A program made the position numbers and the translations under genes. From a virus (lineage: Duplodnaviria > Caudoviricetes): a stretch of 64,000 nt of DNA. The notes beneath the pieces are model-generated. The model saw nothing but the letters and a program-made list of their open reading frames with translations, did not search any database and was not told the origin of the DNA. Positions 37,999 to 47,026 of the stretch are shown here, piece by piece; the first letter of the stretch is position 1, and each line of letters opens with the position of its first letter. The stretch lies in IMG/VR virus record IMGVR_UViG_3300021400_000143, positions 16,616 to 80,615 of that record; one strand, 5' to 3'.

Positions 37999-38535
37999 AT
38001 GGATTTCAATTCTTTAGGTAACGGCAATCCGTTTTATGTTCTTCGTAGAGGTGAAAAGCCTTTATTGGAAGTTGGTGTCGTAAAAGCGAAAAGTCAGCCA
38101 AGAGCAAAGTTTCCAACGCAGACGCCCAATATTGCTATGGGTATGCAAGTGCAACAAGTTATTGATGTAACTGCTACTATCAATGGCAAAGATGAAGTGT
38201 TTAACGATATACCAATAAATGTAGAAATTGCCGCAAGAGGTAACGACACGTTCAGTGGTAGTCGTGAAGCAATGTTGCAAGCTGTTGACGCTATGCTTCA
38301 AACGTCAAAGAAAGCCATCGACCAGATTCCTTATCACAAAAGCGTGATTTCAGAAAGCGAAAAGATGCTTGAAGTGCTGAACCCACAATATGCAGAGAAC
38401 AAGAAACAAGCGAGAACGATTCAAAACTTAGAAGAAAAGCAAAAGGCAACTGACGCAAGGATTGCAACGATTGAATCGCAAAACGCAGAAATGCTTTCTA
38501 TTCTTCGCTCGTTAAACGGTGGAGCTTCAACCTAA
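37999..38535 (+). CDS. Hypothetical protein, beta N-domain plus coiled coil
   Basis: Start MDFNSLGNG. Confidence 0.75.
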   Translation: MDFNSLGNGNPFYVLRRGEKPLLEVGVVKAKSQPRAKFPTQTPNIAMGMQVQQVIDVTATINGKDEVFNDIPINVEIAARGNDTFSGSREAMLQAVDAMLQTSKKAIDQIPYHKSVISESEKMLEVLNPQYAENKKQARTIQNLEEKQKATDARIATIESQNAEMLSILRSLNGGAST

Positions 38536-38570
38536 AGAATTTGAACCCACAAAAAGAAAGGACTTTACAA

Positions 38571-38807
38571 ATGGGTTATATTTTTGTAGATAAAGACAGC
38601 GATGGAGGTCAGTCTTCCATGCGTCAACAGATGCGCAGAAATATGAGAGGTGGTTATCGTTATGGTGGCACAAATCCGATGATGCGCGGAGATTACAACG
38701 AAGGCTATCGTCAGGGCTATAGGCACGGCTGGGAAGATAAAGAAGATGAATGGGAAGATGAAGAGCATTATCGTCGTCAGCGTGATAGCAGAGGAAGGTA
38801 TATTTAA
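38571..38807 (+). CDS. Low-complexity R/G/Y/D/E protein ending RRQRDSRGRYI
   Basis: Start MGYIFVDKD; highly charged and probably disordered. Confidence 0.7.
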   Translation: MGYIFVDKDSDGGQSSMRQQMRRNMRGGYRYGGTNPMMRGDYNEGYRQGYRHGWEDKEDEWEDEEHYRRQRDSRGRYI

Positions 38808-38882
38808 AATAAAGAAAGGGATTGGATTGGGTAGTCTTGTACTATTCAATCCTTTCTAATATTAAATAAATTAGAAAGAATT

Positions 38883-39281
38883 ATGAAACATTATATTTCA
38901 GAAGATAGAGCAATCTATGAGGATATGTATCATGGTTTGTTTAGCAAAAGACTTGCAGAGTGGGCTATTTCAAATATGGAAATGAAAGACCCAGCAACAA
39001 AAACCATGAAACGCATTGTTGTTAGAAAGGTAGATGATGTTCAAGAAGTGTTGAAAGAAAATGGTGTTGAGTTACCAAGTGAATTTGTTTATACAAGTTG
39101 GTATTTGTTTAATATGGCTGTTGCTGATTATCAAAAGACTTGCAAGACGGATGAACTACGTGCGACGTTCGTAGAGGAAACGCTTTGTGACCCTGATGGT
39201 ATGCCAGAGAACGTGCTGGATTGCTTTGTAACAAAGATGTGTAACGCAGGCATTCCTATCTATTGGGAAAGGTATCTATAA
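38883..39281 (+). CDS. Helical hypothetical protein
   Basis: 132 aa, HGLFSKRLAEWAISNM...GIPIYWE. Confidence 0.75.
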   Translation: MKHYISEDRAIYEDMYHGLFSKRLAEWAISNMEMKDPATKTMKRIVVRKVDDVQEVLKENGVELPSEFVYTSWYLFNMAVADYQKTCKTDELRATFVEETLCDPDGMPENVLDCFVTKMCNAGIPIYWERYL

Positions 39282-39298
39282 TATAATAAGTTTGTCGT

Positions 39299-39691
39299 AT
39301 GGAGACCAAGTATATTAACGTACCACCTAACAATAGGTGGGGTGTAATAGTTGTTTATAATTTCGACACAAATAGAGACGCTGTTGAACTTATAGCAATA
39401 ATGCGTTCGTTTGGTATGTCGTTGTTTAATGCGAAAAAAGCATTAGATGTATTATCGGACTACAATACAGGTATGGCACTTTCGTTAGACGATTTACGTA
39501 TGTCGGCTATATTTATTGGTAAGGCAACAAGTGCTGAACAATTTTGGGATTCCGTGAACCATGAACTTTATCATGTGAATACGTCTATCATTGATTATTA
39601 CAATGAGCCTTATAATGAAGAGGGTGCGGCTTATCTCCAAGGATGGCTGATGCAACAAGCGGTTTTGTTACTTGGTGAACCTTGCTATTAA
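39299..39691 (+). CDS. Putative zincin metallopeptidase
   Basis: HELYH (HExxH) with downstream EEGAAYL. Confidence 0.6.
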   Translation: METKYINVPPNNRWGVIVVYNFDTNRDAVELIAIMRSFGMSLFNAKKALDVLSDYNTGMALSLDDLRMSAIFIGKATSAEQFWDSVNHELYHVNTSIIDYYNEPYNEEGAAYLQGWLMQQAVLLLGEPCY

Positions 39692-39718
39692 CAACAATAA
39701 TACATACAAAGAAAGATT

Positions 39719-40042
39719 ATGGAAAGAGAAAAACTTTTGCAAGAATATGAGACTACGCTTAATAGTCTCATAGAAAAAACTCGATTTGTGTATTCAGAAG
39801 AATTTTACAAACTTGACGAGTTTGAGAAGCAGAAATACACAAAAGACAAGATGGCAACAGAAGGACACCTTAACACATTAAGCACTTTGTTATGGGCAAA
39901 AGTTCCTCAACTAAGTAGCGTGACCGATTTGTTTGCGCTTGGTATTCTTGGCTCGATGTTTGGTAATAACTGGAGCAATCCATCTATGCTTAATGCACCA
40001 AAATTAGAAGGGGAAAAACTCGAAGAAGTTAAAATCGAATAA
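39719..40042 (+). CDS. Helical hypothetical protein
   Basis: 107-aa ORF, last of the rightward block. Confidence 0.65.
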   Translation: MEREKLLQEYETTLNSLIEKTRFVYSEEFYKLDEFEKQKYTKDKMATEGHLNTLSTLLWAKVPQLSSVTDLFALGILGSMFGNNWSNPSMLNAPKLEGEKLEEVKIE

Positions 40043-40046
40043 AATT

Positions 40047-40115
40047 CGTTTTAAGCACGTTTAAATTCAAAGGTAATAACTTGTACTATTCGATAGATAG
40101 AAGCCGTTACAACGC
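40047..40115 (-). repeat. Dispersed ~70-nt structured element, copy 2 (diverged)
   Basis: Minus strand GCGTTGTAA...ATAGTACAAGTTATTAC...CTTAAAACG. Confidence 0.65.
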
Positions 40116-40145
40116 ACAACAGAGCGCAAATAACGGCTATTTCTA

Positions 40146-40346
40146 TTATTGTATGTGTTCTTTTACGAACCTCCAAATAAAATTCATTTTGTGTGTAAGT
40201 TCTGTACCACCGAACAAAGGGTATCTTACACACTCTTTTGATTTAGCCATTATAAATATAGCACCAATAAATCCTTTATAAGAATCTATCTCCTTTTGCA
40301 TCTTGGCAATTTCTCTAACTTCGTTGTCGTTGAGTTTCGTTTCCAT
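40146..40346 (-). CDS. Hypothetical protein
   Basis: 66-aa ORF in an operon. Confidence 0.6.
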   Translation of the reverse strand: METKLNDNEVREIAKMQKEIDSYKGFIGAIFIMAKSKECVRYPLFGGTELTHKMNFIWRFVKEHIQ

Positions 40347-40354
40347 AAGCGTTA

Positions 40355-40582
40355 TTATTTTATATCGTTAATATAAGCCCATTTCTTAATTCTAAAATCA
40401 TTGCCACCATATTTTTCTCTTAGACGATTTGGAAAGCAATATGAAGTTTTGTAAGCATCTCTCCAAACACCATTTTCAAGCATATAGCAAATTCTATAAG
40501 GATAATGTTTGGTGTAAGTTTCGACAAGCACATATTCGTATGGTCTTGGTTTCTTTCGTAGGTTATACCATACTGATTCCAT
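40355..40582 (-). CDS. Hypothetical protein (DUF551-like layout)
   Basis: W...KPRPYEYVLV...Y...W...WAY pattern. Confidence 0.55.
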   Translation of the reverse strand: MESVWYNLRKKPRPYEYVLVETYTKHYPYRICYMLENGVWRDAYKTSYCFPNRLREKYGGNDFRIKKWAYINDIK

Positions 40583-40583
40583 G

Positions 40584-41204
40584 TTACAAATGATTTAGTT
40601 GAGGGAAAAATCTGTGCTGGCTTTCATCCCATTTTGCAACAAGACCACATCGTGTGCAACGGAAATCAAGACCTTCAACAGCATAACCCTCTACATTACA
40701 TTGAGGACAAATAATATCGTATTTCTTTGGTATCGTTATCCAATGTCGTTCAAAACTATCTCCAGAGTCAAGAGTGCCTGTTTCGTACATTGTTTTCAAC
40801 AAAGCAAGAATATCTCGGACAGATGCCTCTGATAAATCTGCCGACCTATCGTGTAACAAGTTGTTCAAAAGTTTTTGCACATCAGCACCAGTAAACTTGT
40901 AGTCTTGTAATGTACTCGCTTTGTCTTGTATGTCTGAATTGTATTGTGCTTCAAGTTCTTCTTTTAATTGAATACATGTTTGAGAGGTAAGAAGATTTTG
41001 TGCATTACTTTTATGTTTTGCAAGATATTCTTCTTCATCAACACTTGGAACGTTTCTTTTAAACTCAGCCGTGTCATATACACTTGCATAAGCAATTTCT
41101 ATACTTTCGCCAAGAACAACTTGTAAAACAAAAAAGTATTCTTGTGGTGTAAAATTTATCGTTCGTGTATGTAGTGTGTTTTGCGTACTTAAATAATCAA
41201 GCAT
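40584..41204 (-). CDS. Candidate terminase small subunit with C-terminal Zn ribbon
   Basis: FTPQEYFF..GESIEIAYASVY HTH-like start, helical core, CPQC/CTRC. Confidence 0.45.
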   Translation of the reverse strand: MLDYLSTQNTLHTRTINFTPQEYFFVLQVVLGESIEIAYASVYDTAEFKRNVPSVDEEEYLAKHKSNAQNLLTSQTCIQLKEELEAQYNSDIQDKASTLQDYKFTGADVQKLLNNLLHDRSADLSEASVRDILALLKTMYETGTLDSGDSFERHWITIPKKYDIICPQCNVEGYAVEGLDFRCTRCGLVAKWDESQHRFFPQLNHL

Positions 41205-41217
41205 GGTCTTATATTTT

Positions 41218-41778
41218 TTATAATTCTTCTATGATAAAGCGAAACGTGTTTTTGTTTTTCTTTTGCTCTGATTTTGCCCAAGAGAGGGTTGAAAGCGGTA
41301 TGTTTAATTTTTTAGAAGCCGCTGTTAATGATGGAAATATCTCATTATACAAACCGTCTCTTGATGAAATCAAAACTTTTAAAGTGTTTTTACCAACAGT
41401 ATTCGGGTTGTTTACGTTTTCAAGTCTTGTTGCCCACCTAAGATTAGTAACCAAATTATTTACTTTATCTCCATCTATATGGTCAACTTCTTTTTTACCA
41501 TGAATATTTGGAAGAAAAGCTTCTGCAACCAATCTATGAATATACTTTTCTTTTGATGTTTTTTTATTTCCATTACTTAAACATACAAATAAATACTTAT
41601 TATCCTTTACTCTTGGTTTTAAAATTTTTTCTTCGCACATTACTGTGCAAAAACCACGGGTGACTTTATGTGACAAAACTTTTACTCTTCCATAATTGCT
41701 AACTTGGTAATAACCTTTATAGCCAGCAATATCTCGCCAAACCTCGTTAGTCATATCAAAAGTTTTTTCTTCTTCCAT
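41218..41778 (-). CDS. NUMOD4-HNH homing endonuclease
   Basis: EVWRDIAGYKGYYQVSNYGRV, HRLVAEAF, VDHIDGDKVNN...NLRW. Confidence 0.9.
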   Translation of the reverse strand: MEEEKTFDMTNEVWRDIAGYKGYYQVSNYGRVKVLSHKVTRGFCTVMCEEKILKPRVKDNKYLFVCLSNGNKKTSKEKYIHRLVAEAFLPNIHGKKEVDHIDGDKVNNLVTNLRWATRLENVNNPNTVGKNTLKVLISSRDGLYNEIFPSLTAASKKLNIPLSTLSWAKSEQKKNKNTFRFIIEEL

Positions 41779-42286
41779 ATTCGCTTAACAACATACTATC
41801 TACTTTGTTATCGTCAGGTTTTTTAGAACGTGCAGACTTTCTCAAATCAATATTAGGAAATAATCTCTTACAAGCATTGATTGATGTTTGCTTTGTGTCA
41901 ACAACTTTTTTCTGCACTATTTTATCTTTTACACGAATTTCTTTATAAGTAACAACCATATCGGAATGAGTCCAAATTGTTTTTTGCCATTCCTTTGGTG
42001 CAACCAGTGTGTATGGTATCTGATTAGCTGCAAGCAATCCTATGAGATAACCTTTGTTAAAGCCAAAAGCAAACGTAGATTTTGCACTGCTACCAAATAT
42101 GGGTTTAACATCCTCTATCACACACGCAATACTTTCGTTTTCGATTCTTGCTCGAAGCATTATTTCACTTAGCTGGTACAAGTCGTTATCTTCTATTGAA
42201 AAGTGTTCCCATACACCATCTTTTTGCATGGATATAAACCCTTTACTACCAACGTCAATCCCTAAGTATAGCTTATTGTTTTCCAT
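41756..42286 (-). CDS. RuvC-like Holliday junction resolvase
   Basis: LGIDVG, VIEDV, DNKVDSMLL catalytic acidic pattern. Confidence 0.75.
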   Translation of the reverse strand: MENNKLYLGIDVGSKGFISMQKDGVWEHFSIEDNDLYQLSEIMLRARIENESIACVIEDVKPIFGSSAKSTFAFGFNKGYLIGLLAANQIPYTLVAPKEWQKTIWTHSDMVVTYKEIRVKDKIVQKKVVDTKQTSINACKRLFPNIDLRKSARSKKPDDNKVDSMLLSEYGRRKNF

Positions 42287-42288
42287 TC

Positions 42289-42720
42289 TTATAGTTTTTT
42301 GATTTCAACTTCAATTCCTTCTGGTACAGAAATTATAATTTTGTTCTTCTTTTCAAGCGTTTCATTTTTTATTGTAGAAACAACACGTTTAACAGCTCGC
42401 CATCGTTTTGCCCATTGTGGATGATAGTCAATCAGCTTTATAACATAGTTTATTCCTTTCCTAACACTATCCGCTGCGTATGTCTTATTAGGGATAGATG
42501 TTTTTGCTATAACAGTGTTGCTATCGTGTGTTAAATACCTTATCGAATACCAATAAAGATAACGAGCATGTGTGTTGTGTATCTTTCCATTGTCAGATAA
42601 CATTTCGTCAATATTTACGTCGCAGACAGCGGCAACGGTGTTTGCGAGTAATTGAATCTCTGCTCCATTGTAATCTTTCAATAGCTCTGTAATCTCTGAT
42701 AAAATACAAACATCATCCAT
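42289..42720 (-). CDS. Stand-alone DnaA domain IV-like HTH protein
   Basis: VAAVCDVNIDEMLS...ARYLYWYSIRYLTHDS...IA pattern. Confidence 0.55.
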   Translation of the reverse strand: MDDVCILSEITELLKDYNGAEIQLLANTVAAVCDVNIDEMLSDNGKIHNTHARYLYWYSIRYLTHDSNTVIAKTSIPNKTYAADSVRKGINYVIKLIDYHPQWAKRWRAVKRVVSTIKNETLEKKNKIIISVPEGIEVEIKKL

Positions 42721-43138
42721 TGCTTTTTCTTTTTCTATCGTTTATACTATTTATTAGCGTTTGTCTGCTCATTGGCAATCTTTCAACAAAGAAGTTTATC
42801 TTTTGTTTTTCCATGCCGTAAACCTTATCCCACACACCCATAACAACATACTTGAAATGCAAGAAAGTACACTCGCCTTTATAAGCCACAACACCATCTT
42901 TCTGCTTCTGTAAATAAGATTCCCACCGTGGCTCACTATGTCTTGTCTTGTAAGTCTGGCTTTCCATGTCGTATTCAAGGATAGGTTTTCTTTTTAGCCA
43001 TAGATAGGTATGCCCTTCCTCTTGGAAGAACATACCCTCTATTGGTGATAAATCGACTCCATCTATACGCAGATTTCCTTCGTATCTACCATTCTTGTTT
43101 TGTTCGAGAAAACCATTTGTGTAACTGTAGTCGCTCAT
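42713..43138 (-). CDS. Hypothetical protein
   Basis: 141-aa ORF coupled in an operon. Confidence 0.65.
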   Translation of the reverse strand: MSDYSYTNGFLEQNKNGRYEGNLRIDGVDLSPIEGMFFQEEGHTYLWLKRKPILEYDMESQTYKTRHSEPRWESYLQKQKDGVVAYKGECTFLHFKYVVMGVWDKVYGMEKQKINFFVERLPMSRQTLINSINDRKRKSNG

Positions 43139-43142
43139 TACT

Positions 43143-44276
43143 CTACGCTATTTGCATTGGCATAAGAAGTGAGATAAAGTCTGTTTCTGTATTTGCCGTA
43201 AAAGAAGTGATTAAAGCAGCCATAGATGAATCTTTCATCATAAACTTTACTTTTTCGTCTTTGATGTTAGAAACCATCTGTGAAAGATAAGAACCCTTAA
43301 AGGCAATCTTAAACTTGTCGCCGTTATAATCACAGAAGATTGTTTCTTTTGCAGATAGAGAGAAGTCTATATTTTCAGCAAATACGGTTACTTTACCATC
43401 TTGAAACATCAAGACCATTAACTCGCTTGAAGAACTTCCGAAAGGTAGCACACGTTTCATGCTTTCAAGAAGTAAGCTTCTATCTATCACAGCAATTACA
43501 TCGTTGTTTTTTGGTATTACTGCGTTATAGTTAGGAAATCGTCCATCAACAAGTCTTGCGTTAAGTTTGAATTGCTGGTTACTTATAGAGATAGAATTGT
43601 CGGTAAAAGCAAGCTTTACATCACCGTCGTACTTATCAAGAATTGTTGTGATAGCGTGGCATACTTTTGAAGATATTGTAAAGCCACACGCCTCCATATC
43701 GTTTAACTTAACCACATTATCCTGATAGCGAGCAAGCTTACAACCATCACTTGCAGCAGTAGTCATTGATTCGTTTGTAAAATCAAAGTGTACTCCGTTA
43801 AGTTGAGGTCTAAGCTCGTCAGATGCAACTGCAAAAACAGTCATATCGACAGCGTTGATAATTCTTGAAACAGGAAGAATGATAGTCTTTGGCTCTTGAT
43901 TATTAACTGGTATTTGTGGGTATTTGTCAGCATTTTGTATTGGCAAAGAGAAATCACCATTTTCGTACTCACCCTTAACCATCTGTTTGCTTTCATCAAT
44001 ATCAAGAGTTACGACACGACCACTAAGGTTACGAAGTGCTTGCAATAAATCCTTTGCATCAACACAGAATTTAAAATCGCTATCGCTACCGCCAGTAGGT
44101 GCTACAACTTGCAACCACATGTCGCCATCACCACTTGTAAGAATGGCTGTATTCTTTTCACTACGTGTTTCAATTTTTATAGTACCAAGGATTGGTAAAG
44201 CGTTTTTACTATTCACAATACTTGCCACCTGTGTTAGAAATGGCAAGTATGTGTCAACTATGATTGTTACTTTCAT
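43143..44276 (-). CDS. dnaN: DNA polymerase III beta sliding clamp
   Basis: KNALPILG, DELRPQLNGV, ASDG.KLA, GRFPNYNAVIP, LLMPM. Confidence 0.92.
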   Translation of the reverse strand: MKVTIIVDTYLPFLTQVASIVNSKNALPILGTIKIETRSEKNTAILTSGDGDMWLQVVAPTGGSDSDFKFCVDAKDLLQALRNLSGRVVTLDIDESKQMVKGEYENGDFSLPIQNADKYPQIPVNNQEPKTIILPVSRIINAVDMTVFAVASDELRPQLNGVHFDFTNESMTTAASDGCKLARYQDNVVKLNDMEACGFTISSKVCHAITTILDKYDGDVKLAFTDNSISISNQQFKLNARLVDGRFPNYNAVIPKNNDVIAVIDRSLLLESMKRVLPFGSSSSELMVLMFQDGKVTVFAENIDFSLSAKETIFCDYNGDKFKIAFKGSYLSQMVSNIKDEKVKFMMKDSSMAALITSFTANTETDFISLLMPMQIA

Positions 44277-44294
44277 AATGTATTTGTTTTATTG

Positions 44295-45125
44295 TTATTC
44301 GGTAAAGTCTGCAAACTTTTCAGCGGTTTCTTGTGCTTTTTGAGCGTCAATAATTTTCTGCTCTTCGTTGTCAATATACTCGTAGTTGTTTTCTTCACGC
44401 ATAACACTTTGGTCGGCACGAATGGCGTCTGCGAGTTCAACAGAAAGAACACCATTCTTGCTAAGATTAAGCTTGATAACGGTTTTCATTGCCATTGCAT
44501 CAAAGTCGGTAGTCCACTTACTCTGCTCACGAATGAATGATTCTTTCGACTTGTAAGTCTGTGAATAACGGAGAGCGTGTGCGTTCATCTCTTCTTTGCT
44601 CATATAGAACGTACTTTCAAAACCATTCAATAGTTGAAAATGATTTACATAACCAACGATAGGTGTTTGAAGTCTTTTAGCGTCGTCGTCAATCCAGTGC
44701 CATTCGATTTCGCCAGTAAGACGGTCACGCTTTCCAATCTCACCCTCACGAACTTCTGTTGTGTTAATGCGTTTGTATTGTCCTGTGCGCAAAGCAAGTT
44801 GCTGGAAACCCTTATAACCGATTTGGAATTGAGCTTCCGTAACACCACGTTTCTTATTCTTGTACGGAATAACGTGTGCCATGCCCAATGAAGGTTCAAT
44901 AGGGAGATTCAACGCAGTTGCTTTCAATGCAGCAAACATAACCGTGAATGGCTCACATTCTTGTAAGTTTACGTTGTTTGCAACGAGTGCGGTTACATTG
45001 CTTACAAATGCGCCCTTACGCTCTTTAAGCAAGTCAGAGAGGTACTTTTGTGTTGCAGGACTTGTAATTGTTTGGTTGAACGTTTTTAAGCTGTACGTAA
45101 CAGCTTTTTTTACTTCGTTTGCCAT
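44295..45125 (-). CDS. recT: RecT-family ssDNA annealing recombinase
   Basis: LGMAHVIPY, AQFQIGYKG..QLALRTGQYK, MAMKTVIK. Confidence 0.9.
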   Translation of the reverse strand: MANEVKKAVTYSLKTFNQTITSPATQKYLSDLLKERKGAFVSNVTALVANNVNLQECEPFTVMFAALKATALNLPIEPSLGMAHVIPYKNKKRGVTEAQFQIGYKGFQQLALRTGQYKRINTTEVREGEIGKRDRLTGEIEWHWIDDDAKRLQTPIVGYVNHFQLLNGFESTFYMSKEEMNAHALRYSQTYKSKESFIREQSKWTTDFDAMAMKTVIKLNLSKNGVLSVELADAIRADQSVMREENNYEYIDNEEQKIIDAQKAQETAEKFADFTE

Positions 45126-45152
45126 AATTGTTTTGTTTTAAGAGGTTGTTTT

Positions 45153-46139
45153 TTATTTGACTTTTACTGTAACATAACCGTTACGCTTTGTTACTTTCTT
45201 GTATTTCTCTTTAAATCGTTTTGCTTTTGTTGGATGCTTTGCTTCTATTTCATCAACAAAGAACTTTTTGTAATCAACAGTGCAAGACTCGGTAGGATTA
45301 ACCAATGTGAACGAAAAGCTTTCACAAGATATTTTCTTGATACCTTTTTCAAGCATAAAACTATAAAGACGAGTTTTAAATTCCTCGACTTTTTGCTCGT
45401 AATTTTTGATTTCATTCAAGCACGTAACAACGTTATCAAACTGCGACTTTATTCCAGTTGGCAACAACGTAGCGTCAATTTCTTCATCTTCTGAATAATA
45501 ATCGAATTTTTCGAGGAAGCCATCAACCATATTCATTGCGAAGTTGACATCAAGCACTTGTGTGTTGAACTTTACTTTATGCACCGACATTCTATCAGGA
45601 GTAAATTCGTTTGGCTCGTCAAGGTTAAGACCATCTGTAGAGTAATGGACGAGATATAAATTTACTCTCCAACGTCCTTCCATCTGTGTTGCGTATTCCT
45701 TTGCAAGTAGCCATTCAATGTAAAGTTGCGCACTATACATAATACGTGTTTTTCTCGCATCAAGTTTTGTGGCTTTCACTTCGTAGATGTTTATAGTTTC
45801 GTTTGCTTCATCCACATACATAAAGTCTGGGTGGCAGAATAACTTGCAATTCTTTTTGCTATATTTCTTACTAACAATCATCGGATTGCTTTTGTAGTCA
45901 CCATTGTTAGCAAGTAAGTGCTGATAGATTTGGTTTTCAATATAATCGCCAAATCGCATAGCAGGAGTTGTAGCGTGTTCTACGCTTGGTATAAGTCCTT
46001 TGCAAACAGCGAGCCTTTTATACGCATTTTTAGGTACATAGCCAAGGTTTGCTATTTGTGCAAGCATAGTTGCATCAGAGCCACCTAAACCACCAACTCT
46101 CGTGTTGATAATCTCTTCTTTGTGTTGATACTGTTCCAT
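45153..46139 (-). CDS. YqaJ-like viral recombination exonuclease
   Basis: GLGGSDA, HPDF, YEVK, Q..LY; adjacent to recT. Confidence 0.8.
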   Translation of the reverse strand: MEQYQHKEEIINTRVGGLGGSDATMLAQIANLGYVPKNAYKRLAVCKGLIPSVEHATTPAMRFGDYIENQIYQHLLANNGDYKSNPMIVSKKYSKKNCKLFCHPDFMYVDEANETINIYEVKATKLDARKTRIMYSAQLYIEWLLAKEYATQMEGRWRVNLYLVHYSTDGLNLDEPNEFTPDRMSVHKVKFNTQVLDVNFAMNMVDGFLEKFDYYSEDEEIDATLLPTGIKSQFDNVVTCLNEIKNYEQKVEEFKTRLYSFMLEKGIKKISCESFSFTLVNPTESCTVDYKKFFVDEIEAKHPTKAKRFKEKYKKVTKRNGYVTVKVK

Positions 46140-46150
46140 AATTGTTTTGT

Positions 46151-46459
46151 TTATGTTTTTACTACAAGAACTTTTGTTGCGTTAAGTCCCATTCTATATA
46201 CTGTTTTACCTTTGACGTCTTCTGGAAAATAATCTGTTCTCGCAACAACAACGACTATGTTTCCCTGTCTAAAATCAACTCGTTTTAAATAGTCGATAAC
46301 TTTTTTACTAAAGCAAGAGAAATGTAGAATTGCATAATTTCCACGATACGTTTCTTGCGATGTTTCTTCAATAGAGAAAGACACATATTCCACACCGCTT
46401 TCGCTTTTGGCATATTTAGGTGGTTTACCAACCCTGCCAGTGTAAAAACAATAATTCAT
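46151..46459 (-). CDS. SSB-like OB-fold protein without acidic tail
   Basis: TGRVGKPP...YVSFSI...CF...QGNIVVV. Confidence 0.55.
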   Translation of the reverse strand: MNYCFYTGRVGKPPKYAKSESGVEYVSFSIEETSQETYRGNYAILHFSCFSKKVIDYLKRVDFRQGNIVVVVARTDYFPEDVKGKTVYRMGLNATKVLVVKT

Positions 46460-46659
46460 CTTTTGATAATTCTTTGTTCGCTAAATTCGAGGGTGTAGTT
46501 CTTATTGATTAAAGACGGAAAAGCTTTTAATACTTGTGCGTTTGCATCCTTTTCGTCTATTGGTAAAATTGGCAGATACATATATGGTATTTGATTCCAG
46601 AAATAACCATCAACCATAATGTCTATATAAATCTTTTTTAATCCTGTTGTCTTTTCCAT
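46456..46659 (-). CDS. Hypothetical protein
   Basis: 67 aa, first ORF after the tRNA-like element. Confidence 0.6.
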   Translation of the reverse strand: MEKTTGLKKIYIDIMVDGYFWNQIPYMYLPILPIDEKDANAQVLKAFPSLINKNYTLEFSEQRIIKR

Positions 46660-46687
46660 ATTGTTTTCGTTGTTTTGTTTAAGTGTG

Positions 46688-46810
46688 TGAGTGGTGTGGG
46701 ACTCGAACCCTTCTAAATGACAAATCCTTGTTACTTCACTTTAATCAATCATTATGGCAAAAAAGAGTTGAGTGCTTTATTTCCTGTGACGCGCACAACG
46801 TCCACCACTC
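46688..46810 (-). ncRNA. Non-canonical tRNA-like element
   Basis: GAGTGGTG/CACCACTC closing stem and GGGTTCGAGTCCC T-loop; ~122 nt, no canonical anticodon arm. Confidence 0.4.
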
Positions 46811-46862
46811 TTAGTTTCTCACGAAACCATTTTATATGTGTAAACTCATTGAGATTCTTTTC

Positions 46863-46895
46863 AAAAGCGGTAGCGGCTTTCACAAGTGGCTACCG
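46863..46895 (-). terminator. Hairpin followed by CTTTT, downstream of the 46954 promoter
   Basis: CGGTAGC/GCTACCG stem. Confidence 0.5.
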
Positions 46896-46953
46896 AAATA
46901 ATGATAGACTAATAATCAAAATACCCTAATTGTGTATAATCAATAACGTAATG

Positions 46954-46985
46954 CAAATTTAGATATTTTTATTTAAGAATACAAA
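46954..46985 (-). promoter_or_regulatory. Promoter TTTG-N20-TAAATTTG
   Basis: Full consensus upstream of the recombination operon. Confidence 0.75.
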
Positions 46986-47026
46986 TCATTAGTACATTTT
47001 ATTTTCGATTTTAATTTATTTAACAA

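Noticed and set aside
41218-41778. Group I intron hosting the HNH gene
   Set aside because: The flanking genes are complete and different, and there is no room for an intron core.
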